From Macrostomum lignano (lineage: Eukaryota), in NCBI GenBank assembly GCA_002269645.1, contig NIVC01004537.1, forward strand, positions 1 to 42,854: a stretch of DNA of 42,854 nucleotides. Reading direction: 5' to 3'. A program made the position numbers and the translations under genes. The notes below the pieces were generated by a model. That model was given only the letters and a program-made list of their open reading frames with translations. It made no database searches and was not told the DNA's origin. How positions within the stretch are numbered: the stretch's first letter is position 1; each line of letters begins with the position of its first letter. Shown here in pieces: positions 25,929 to 36,479 of this stretch.

Positions 25929-26603
25929 CCATAGTCAGGAAGGTGGCAGAGTGTGCGCCGGAACAAATTTTGGCCTCTCCCAAAATTGTGCGCCGTGCGC
26001 CGACACAAAAACCCTCGTGTGCGCCGTTGTGCGCCCGCCACTACCTGCCTTGCGACAATAAAAGACCTTTTTTTACAACATAGCAACAATTTTTGTGCGC
26101 CAATATACGGGACGGTTACGGGCTATCTATATTATATTATGAGAAATTGAGATCTGAAAATAGAAATAGAAATTCGAAAGTAGAAATTTAAAAATTTTTT
26201 AATTTAATTTCTAATTTTTAAAACAAAACAAACATAAAAAGTAAGCAAATGGCGAAAACAAAGGTAAAAAGGAAAAGGAAAATATTTTATTTTATTTTTT
26301 TTTTTGGTAGAATGCAGTGTTACATTAGATAGAACAGTGAATAGTGTACTGTAACAAGTAACGACTTACATCGTTACATGGGATCGCCACAAGGGTAACG
26401 CTGCATGTGGCGCGGCGCCCGCCCCGCCGCGCCGCTATGCGCCGGTGTCCTCTGGTGTGCGCCGTTGTGCGCCGCTGTGCGCCAGTGCGCCGCTGTGCGC
26501 TGTTGTGGCGCGCCGCTGTGCGCCGTTGTGCGCCGTTGTGTGCCCAAAAAGGGCTTGTGTGCGCCGGAATTTTCCGACCAAACTGCCACCTTCCTGACTA
26601 TGG
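25929..26603. mobile_element. Young 675-bp non-autonomous DNA transposon, perfect 21-bp TIR, 8-bp TSD, subterminal GTGCGCCG repeats
   Basis: CCATAGTCAGGAAGGTGGCAG ... CTGCCACCTTCCTGACTATGG, flanked on both sides by GCCTAACA. Confidence 0.94.
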
Positions 26604-26959
26604 GCCTAACATAGACTTAATAGTTCACATAGTCAGTTAATCTTCTATTGCACTTTATAAAGCACCTGCAATCAGAAATTCAGCTTTAGTCAAACTCTAA
26701 CAATGTTAAAGCAGGTAGCAATCAAAGAGGATGACTAAAAAATAGTAAAAGCCTATAGAAAAAATATTAAAAGCACTTATAATTAGAAATGGCAATGGCA
26801 CTGAAGACTGAAGACTTTTGGAGTTGAAATTGAAGCGTAGAAATAGTTTGTATTACCTACGACGTGCAATATAACAATACAAAAATAAACCACAACATGA
26901 AATCTTAGCTTGTTTATAAAATAGAATGCTAAAAAATTGTTAACAAAATAATTTAGAAG

Positions 26960-27043
26960 TGTAAGACCAGACCGAAACCGGACCAAAAAACCTGTTTTTG
27001 GGGCCAAAACTGGTTTTTCGGTTAACCGGAATTGGCATCCCTA
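26960..27043. mobile_element. Possible hAT (Ac-like) terminal fragment
   Basis: CGGTTAACCG subterminal motif ending in GCATCCCTA (reverse complement TAGGGATGC); no partner end found. Confidence 0.35.
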
Positions 27044-27744
27044 GGCTATGACTCCTACGAGTCAAAACATCAAATTTTGAGTGTTTCAAACGAAAGATTT
27101 AAAGAACCATGTGTTGTGTGGTCACTTTGGCTCCGGCCAATTTCGGCGATGGAATTTTCGGCGAGTACTACTTTGACAAATTATGTATGGCCATTTCGAG
27201 AAGTAAAGTTTTATATGTTGTTCTTTCTTATTTTACTATTTGGGCTACTTCTTATCTAAGTCTTAGTCATATAAAATAACAATAAGTCATTTCGACTTCA
27301 GGTTCAGCATCCATGACAGCTTTCTAAGAAAAAGTATATTTAAAGAATGGTTAGTGAAACAACATAAAGCAGTAAAACCACATTTCAGACAGCAAAGTAG
27401 TTAAAGGCATTAAATAAACTAAAAAATTAGCCATCAATTTTTTGACGCAAAAGATTTGCCTGCAACATTTTATCTTTCAGTGCATTTACTGTTCAGAAGA
27501 TTTTCCCTGCATTGCATTTTGCTCCCAATTCTTAGTACATGTCGATGTCACTCTCTAATATGTAGCAACTGCATATGAAATTTCTTCTAAAAAGTTGTGG
27601 GTAGCTATCTTTTTATCTGAGGAGTAAAGAATGTTAGAGTAGATTGAGCCGACAAAATGGGTCAACATTAGGCCCTGATTTTGTTCAAAATATCCTTTTT
27701 GCCTATATGAACCACCGAAAAAGACTGTACCTACGGTTTACAGC

Positions 27745-27924
27745 CAACCGCGTAGCCAGAAATTTTCTTCGGGGGGGGGATAGGCCGCCATAACACACCC
27801 AATGCTAAATTACTTTCACAGGTGACATCTACAATCTACATCATATACTAGAAAAACGGACTTCAAAAAAAATTTTTGCCGGCTGTTCGGGGGGGGATAC
27901 TTCCCCCCCCTCCCTACGCCATTG
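27745..27924. mobile_element. 180-bp hAT-like MITE
   Basis: Termini CAACCGCGTAG / CTACGCCATTG (9/11 complementary), perfect 8-bp TSD TTTACAGC. Confidence 0.85.
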
Positions 27925-28247
27925 TTTACAGCTGCTGGAAACTAAACTACAACGATTATTTGCTCTCATAATTTGTAAAATTTTAAACATGTAGGGCCTT
28001 GCCCTTGGGTCTTTGTGGTTCACTATTTTACGACAATTTATTTATGTCGTTTTTCAAAAACACGTTTTCTAAGACATGGTAAACAAAAGTCTTTCGCAAT
28101 TGCAATCTTCTGAAACGTCAATCTAAATATACTAAATCTCTAATATTTGTATGCTTGTAAACTACTAGTCTTCACCGACCGTCGATGTATCGACTGCTGC
28201 CAGTTATTAGTTAACCCAAATAACATTGATGCAGCAGGGGATGCAAC

Positions 28248-29052
28248 TGTCACGTTATTTGACGTTGGCCGTGACCCTTAAAAGGGCCGTTTTAGTCCCA
28301 AAATAAGTTGAAGTCAACTTAGGCGAAGTGGATGGTGTAGCGGAGCACTTGGCGATAAAGGCAGGAACTGCCGTAGTTGTCTTTATTGTTAATATCAGTA
28401 TTAAGTTTGGTTGTTACTGGCAATAAACAGACTATAGCTTTCTGGGCACTGGCGGCTGCAACAATGGGTTGAATATAATTTGGATATGAAGTCAAGTGGC
28501 AGGCGAATGACACAATGGCGACGTGACGTGAGCAGTGGCTATGAGCACAGTGAAGGCAGTGAAACGTAGTGGCGAGTTTGGCGTCGGTCGTGGCGTGAGA
28601 CAGTCAAGTAAGTGTGTGAGCAGGCTGGCCCAGGCAGAGGGGCCGTGGTGAGAAATAAGGAGGCTCGAGGCAGCCAGACAAACAGATAAGACAGCTAAGA
28701 GGCAGCAGGGAAGAAAACCAAGAGAGCGAGAGGAGTGTGGAGTGCCCGCCGCCAGGCGGGGGGTTTAATAAAAGAGCGCAGAGGGGGGTAGCGCGAGCAC
28801 GAGTGATTTCATTGGCTGGCGAGAGAACTTAAAATTATCGATCGTGCCAATTTTATACGGTCGCGAGAGAGGATAGCAAAATATACAGTGAATTAGAAAT
28901 TTCCACAAAATCGTTGGGCATTACTACAAGTAAACGTCGCAATAAACGAATGGAAAAGTTTAGTTGAAACGGTGAAACTGAAGGGTTGAAACTATGGAGA
29001 AACAGTAGTCCAACGGCCCTTTTCGGGACCACCTTAAACTGACAACGTCACA
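28248..29052 (-). mobile_element. Candidate solo LTR / CpG-rich promoter region
   Basis: Ends TGTCACG...CGTCACA with flanking CAAC/CAAC. The minus strand has AGCCAATGA (28811-28815), a TATA-like run (28764-28773) and AATAAA (28382-28387) in LTR order. The right boundary is ambiguous. Confidence 0.4.
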
Positions 29053-32000
29053 CAACGCAAGTTTTAGCGACAGAAATTTAACATGGACAAATTCGTCGAA
29101 ACGCGAAAGCAAGCAAATTAGGCGATAAGTCTTCGATATAGCCAAAGTTAAAGCAAATAAAATTTAAGGTTTTCTTAAAAAAATTCTAGAAAGCTAATGA
29201 ATGACCTCTGATAGAATAAAATGCTTTCGATCGAATTGAAATATATTGGATATTGCGTTTCTTTGAGAATAAACAAAGCATATCTTGACCTTGAGAAGCA
29301 CATTTATTTAGGAAGCATGCAGATGCACATCAGAAATAATGGATAGGCCAGTAGGCCTAAAGTAAACTTGATTAAAATGGAAATTTCGTCTGACTAGGCC
29401 TAATACCATTTGTGTTGTACTGAAATAATTAGTGCCTATACTGTATACATACACTAGTATACACAATTGTTCTTCCTTCATTGTTGCCAGATTTGACTAA
29501 GCCTAGGCCTAGTTACTAGATTGTTGCCAAATTTGTCCATGTCCATGGTGAATCTAAATCTCTAATGCCAAATTTTTGTTTGTTGCCAAATTGGTCAGCA
29601 CCTACACTTACAGTAGGGAATACAAATTTGCAAATATTGGGCCTAATAGGCCCTAGTCCTATTCCTAAATTCTGACACTAAGCCTGTTATTTCAAAGGCC
29701 TATGCCCTTGCCCTTGGGTTATAGTCCTATGCCCCTGCCCTTGGCTTGCCCTTAGCTTATTCAAAACTAGCCTATACCCTATCTTGGCTATCTAATTGAA
29801 ATTGCTAAATAGGCCTATTTATTGAATTATTGACTATGCAATAACTAACTTACTTACTAAATAAGTAACGTGTAACCATAGTAAGTGCCTAAGTAACCTT
29901 AAATGCTTTGACCTTAACCTTAAATTAAGGTCTAACATGGTTAAAATTTAACTAACTAACTAACTAAATAAATCTGGCACCTCAGCCATTAAAAGGCTCT
30001 TATGTTACTAGAAATAATTGGGTTCTAGATTGGGAGTGTACAAATGTACACAAGGTTTCTAAGCTAGAAAGAGTGACTGTGGCCAATAAGCTAAGCAGGC
30101 AACACTAGTTGGGCAAAAGGTGGGCCCTACCCCTTGCTTTCAGGGCATTAAGCCTACTCCAAGCTCAAATCAAAACCTCCCTAGGGCCAGAGAGGGTTGA
30201 GTGAACCATTCAGGGAAGCCTGTGCCTTCTCCAAGGTTAGAAATGCAAAAAAAACAGTCATAAGACCGCCCCCATAGCCATGGCAACCCAAAGGTGCCTT
30301 CCCACCTACTAAACCCTGGGTAGGCCTACTTTTGCCAGACAGTCTCTTATCTTTGAAGCGGCAAGAAGGCTAATCGCTGGGACTATTTCACCCTTTGCTT
30401 CACCAACCCACTATTTTTATAAGGCCATGCCAATGGCCCCGTCCTAGTTAGACTCAGTCCTGGTTCTGGCACATTCCAGCTTTAATAGAGTTGCTGGCTG
30501 TTTGCTCAAAGGACACTCCAAGGGAGACAGATCATCAGAGCATCAACTGGAACAAGTATAGGCCTGCCTTCCTATACAGCTACCCACAGCCCTTCCTGAT
30601 TGACTATTACCCTCCAACCTAGCCTACTAACTCATTATAAGCTTTCAGTTAGGCAGAGACAGGTGTCACAGGGGTACTGCAGTTAGGCATCTCTATGCGA
30701 AACAAAACCAACATGGTTAAAATTTAAAATTCTTATTGGATATAAGACAGATACTATATAACTAGATAGTTCACTTAGTTAATTTACTCTTAGTTATACT
30801 ACTCTTAGGACTAGCTATTAGTAGCCTAATAAAAATAGCCAAAATAAAGAATCAATTTTGCAAATTTCTATAAAGTAGGCCTAGTTTTTTGATAGCAAGG
30901 CCAAGGCCATAATTTGATATTATTATTATATAATTTCAAATTATATATAATTTGATTTTTGATTTTAAAAATAAAATAAATAATATAATATATAATAATA
31001 TATCAAATTCTACTTTCATATATTTATACTGGTATTGTATAAGCTAAAGGCTAAGGAATTATCCTTATAATATAGGAGCTTTTCCCTTCTTAAAAGCTCC
31101 TTTAAGAGTTGCATCTTAGACATCTTCTAGCAATAGCTTATAGCACCTGAAGAAGATACATTGTCACATACTAGTTGGCAATCATTGCTATGTTTCTAGT
31201 AGAATAGGTCCTATCTATGACTAGACTGCTATGAGCCACAACAATAGCCATTACTGCTTAGTGTTGCTTTGTGACTAGACCAATTTTAAAGGCAGCTCTG
31301 CTTTTTACAGGGACCCATTGCAATGACTGCTGTTTACTTTCAAGGTCAAAGCTGTGCACCCAAATCTTGTCTCCACTGATGACCTCCCAGGTGCTTGTTG
31401 ACCTGCCTTTATCAAATATATCTAGCTGGGCTTGATACCAATGAGCCTCAGCTTGCTTTTATGCCTCAGTCAGGTAATGAGGCACTTAGCACGCAAACAC
31501 CTTACTTAGCTTGAGCTTTTCATGCAAAATGCTCAACATACTTCCCAATGAAATGTCAATAGCATTGGATAACTATTGCACTATTGATTGTGGATCTATG
31601 GGGATCAATGCCTGCACTGCAGCCATATTTGCATCAGTTGTTAAATAGATACCTCATGCCACAATGCAGGTCAACTTGTTGAAATGTGCATTGCATACTT
31701 TCAAATTGCACTTTTGAATTGCTATAGCCTGTAAGCTCTAAATCTAGCTCCAGAAATCCTTTCTATCATCCATTGAGTAACCACCACTTCATCTGCCAAG
31801 AATCTATGCATTGCACTAGACTTCTAGTATTGCTAATGCAAGTGTATGCTTGACAGTTTGAGCTATTTGTGCAAGTGGCCGTATAATCTTTGAGCTGAAT
31901 ATAGAATTTTGCATGACCATAGCCTATGAAAACTATTTGATTATATATATGATTGCAAATCATACTAGAAAAATTAAATGCATGATCCGTGTAGACAAGA

Positions 32001-32955
32001 AACTAGGCTTTACCAAATGCTCTTAAAGCAAACAAAGACAAACACTATACTTATATTGAGATTGGTTCATAGACTGCATAGTGTGTATATTATGGTTTAT
32101 ATAGCCTCCTTAACCCTTTTACCACCCTTTTATCCCCTTTCTGTGTGGCTTTGTTGGTTGGATTTTACTAAAGTCAAGGTAGTGAAAAAAGTTCTGCTTA
32201 GCTAGATGGCTTGTACAGCCCTCAGCCTCCACCCCTTCACCCTCTCCCCCCATTCAAACTGCTATAAGCTAGCAATAAGGTTGAAAAAGAAAGCATTTAG
32301 TGGAAATTTAGGCACAAAAACCTAGCTTAAAGTCAGGAATATACATTGTTTAAATGATTGAAAACTTCATTTCTTATCAAGTTAATTTTAATCACTAACA
32401 ATTATGTTTCTTATAGTTTGCATTTACACTACTATCCTAAGAGTAGTATTGTTTTTTAACCCTCTGTAAGATGGGGAATGACCTATCTACTTATATAGTA
32501 TCTATGGCAATATAAAAATAAAGATAAATAGTATATAAAAGGCAAGGGATAGATCTAGAGGGGGGCCATGGCCAAAAAATTTTTGGGCTATAGTGCTTGG
32601 TATAGCTTGTCTTGCCCCAAAAAAATTTTAGATTGGTGCCTAATAGAAGGACACTAAGAAAAGGCAGAGGCATGTAATATAGATAATTACTATTTTTGTG
32701 GGAGAATTTGTGTTAGTCATAAGATCTTTAGCTCTAGCTAATCAATACCAAATATATATGGCTACTAGACATTTCAACTCTAGTATTTATACTCTCTTAT
32801 TGTATTTCCATTCTATAATTTCCCCTTGGTGGCACGTACGAGTAATCTGTGCATTTTCTTTGCATCTATAAAAACAAGAATAAAATTGGGCACATTGACA
32901 TAGCACTCCAACGAACAAAAACTCCAGCAGAAAATATTCAAAAATGTTTTAAAAA

Positions 32956-35900
32956 ATGTTCAATCAATTTGAAAACTATTGGTCTGGCAGTGGCACCAGT
33001 GCAGACCCCAATGTCCAGTCTGCCAGCATAGCAACCAGCAAGTCTGTCCGGCCAAGCCGCATGTCCACGTCGGCTAATGCCGCAGGCCTAATGAGTCCCT
33101 GCAGTCCAAGTCAAAGCGTGCACGAAGGCCTTGCTCACTTTGAGCACCTGCAGCAGCAACAGAGAAGCGATCCAAATACACTTCCCCACTGTTGGACAGT
33201 GTCCAGCCACGGCACAATGGACCGGGGTCTATCAGATATTGTCGAACTGCGTAGCCTGTCCTCGGCTGTGGCCGCAGCTAAGCCTCGCCAGGTGCTCAAC
33301 TCTCGTTGGGGTCATCGGTTTGTATTAGTCAGCTTGGAGCAGCCAACTTACTGCGATTTCTGCGGACAGGCGCTCTTTGGATTGGTGCATCGGTAATTCC
33401 TATGCTGTCTGCCCTTCCTATGCTGTCTGCCCTTCGTATGCTGTCTGCCCTTCCTATGCTGTCTGCCCTTCCTCTGCTGTCTATCTGCCTTTCCCCTGCT
33501 GTCTATCTGCCTTTCCTCTGCTGTCTATCTGCCTTCCCCCTGCTGTCTATCTGCCTTTTCTCTGCTGTCTATCTGCCTTTCCCCTGCTGTCTATCTGCCT
33601 TTCCTCTACTGTCTATCTGCCTTTACTCTGCTGTCTATCTGCCTTTCCTCTGCTATTTATCTGCCTTTCCTCTGCTATCTGCCTTTCCTCTGCTGTCTAT
33701 CTGCCTTTCCTCTGCTGTCTATCTGCCTTTCCTCTGCTGTCTATCTGCCTTTCCCCTGCTGTCTATCTGCCTTTCCTCTGCTGTCTATCTGCCTTTTCTC
33801 TGCTGTCTATCTGCCTTTCCTCTGCTGTCTATCCGCCTTTCCTCTGCTGTCTATCTGCCTTTCCCCTGCTGTCTATCTGCCTTTCCTCTGCTGTCTATCT
33901 GCCTTTCCTCTGCTATTTATCTGCCTTTCCTCTGCTATCCGCCTTTCCTCTGCTGTCTATCTGCCTTTCCTCTGCTGTCTATCTGCCTTTCCCCTGCTAT
34001 TTATCTGCCTTTCCTCTGCTGTCTATCTCCCTTTCCTCTGCTGTCTATCTGCCTTTCCTCTGCTGTCTATCTGCCTTTCCTCTGCTATTTATCTGCCTTT
34101 CCTCTGCTATCTGCCTTTCCTCTGCTGTCTATCTGCCTTTCCTCTGCTGTCTATCTGCCTTTCCCCTGCTATTTATCTGCCTTTCCTCTGCTGTCTATCT
34201 CCCTTTCCTCTGCTGTCTATATGCCTTTCCTCTGCTGTCTATCTGCCCTTCCTCTGCTGTCTATCCGCCTTTCCTCTGCTGTCTATCTGCCTTTCCTCTG
34301 CTGTCTATCTGCCTTTCCTCTGCTATTTATCTGCCTTTCCTCTGCTATCTGCCTTTCCTCTGCTGTCTATCTGCCTTTCCTCTGCTGTCTATCTGCCTTT
34401 CCCCTGCTATTTATCTGCCTTTCCTCTGCTGTCTATCTCCCTTTCCTCTGCTGTCTATATGCCTTTCCTCTGCTGTCTATCTGCCCTTCCTCTGCTGTCT
34501 ATCCGCCTTTCCTCTGCTGTCTATCTGCCTTTCCTCTGCTGTCAATCTGCCTTTCCTCTGCTGTCTATCCGCCTTTCCTCTGCTGTCTATCTGCCTTTGC
34601 TGTCTATCCTTTGTTTTCTATTACTGCTATCTTCTCTTTATTTATTCTTTTATCTGTTATAATATTCTGCATTTATCAAAACTGCATAGTGCCAATTCCT
34701 ACCTAACCTAATGCTTGGAACATTAACCTTCCACGCAGGTGCGAATACTGCTGCACCACATGCCACACGATCTGTTCGGAGCGGCTCTGCCTCTCGTGCC
34801 GGCGTCCTTCGCCGTTTACTCGCGACACCAGCAACGGCAACAATGACGGCGACCTGTCCCCGTTTGACGTCTTCGAAACTGCCAAGTCCGACCTGTGGAT
34901 GGTGAGATGGGATCGGGACTCAAAGCAGTGATTAGGGATCTTTGAGATAGGAACCCAAAGCAGTGATTAGGGATCTGTGAGATCGGGACTCAAAGCAGTG
35001 ATTAGGGATCTTTGAGATCGGGACTCAAAGCAGTGATTAGGAATCTTTGAGATCGGGACTCAAAGCAGTGATTAGGGATCTGAGAGATCGGGACTCAAAG
35101 CAGTGATTAGGGATCTGAGAGATCGGGACTCAAAGCAGTGATTAGGGATCTTTGAGATAGGAACCCAAAGCAGTGATTAGGGATCTTTGAGATCGGGACT
35201 CAAAGTAGTGATTAGGGATCTGAGAGATCGGGACTCAAAGCAGTGATTAGGGATCTTTGAGATAGGAACCCAAAGCAGTGATTAGGGATCTTTGAGATAG
35301 AACCCAAAGCAGTGATTAGGGATCTGAGAGATCGGGACTCAAAGCAGTGATTAGGGATCTTTGAGATAGGAACCCAAAGCAGTGATTAGGGATCTTTGAG
35401 ATCGGGACTCAAAGCAGTGATTAGGGATCTGTGAGATCGGGACTCAAAGTAGTGATTAGGGATCTTTGAGATCGGGACTCAAAGCAGTGATTAGGAATCT
35501 TTGAGATCGGGACTCAAAGCAGTGATTAGGGATCTGAGAGATCGGGACTCAAAGCAGTGATTAGGAATCTTTGAGATCGGGACTCAAAGCAGTGATTAGG
35601 GATCTGAGAGATCGGGACTCGGTTTTGAATTATGCCTCTATTTTATCGACAACAGGCTCTCGGCTCCTCTTCTGTCGCGTCCACCCTGGCGGACCAGGAG
35701 GCCGTGGCCTACACGCCCCGACTTCGAGGTCAGCAGCAGCCGCAGCAGCTGGCGGCGGCGGCGGCCGCTTCGGAGGACGCCGAAGGTCAGAAACGGCGCA
35801 GCAGGCGCGGTGGCGGCCGCCGTCAACGACGCACTCGAACGTCCAGCGCGGATACCCTGCTCAGCGGTCAGAACAGTCTGCTGATGTCGCCCGGCGGCGA

Positions 35901-36419
35901 CTGCAGCCTTGGCCAGATAGAGGGCGACGGCTGCGATGTCGATCAAGATGAGGATGAGTTCTCATCCCCTGAATCTAGCGATGGTGGCGACAACTATAGC
36001 ACGGCGTCTACTGACGTCATGTCCTCCATGCTCACCTCCCCGATGTCGTCTTTGCCAGCGCCGCCGTCGCCGCCTGATTCGCCGATTCATTGTCGCCGAC
36101 GTCAGGTCGACGCCGACGCTTGCGAATGCCGATTCGCCAGCCTGCTGTCCTCGGAGGCGGCCTACAGCTTGAGCAGTCTGGACACAGCCTCGTTGGCTCA
36201 CGCCGGCATCCGGGTGCTGGAGTCCGGCTCTTCGGCTGATGGTGCCGGCGGAGACGCCGCTGGTAACGACGACAGCGGCGACTCCGACAAAGCAGCGATT
36301 GCTAGCGTCAGCGAGGCCAGGAGCTTTTACTGCGACTGGACGGCCGAGAGGCTTCGGCGGCATCTCAGCGAGCTGACAGCCAGGCTGCCCGGTAGACTGG
36401 GCTTTGGATTTAGATAGAT

Positions 36420-36479
<60 letters not shown>

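Noticed and set aside
33306-34711. 444-466 aa hydrophobic ORFs
   Set aside because: Translations of the 22-bp intronic minisatellite.
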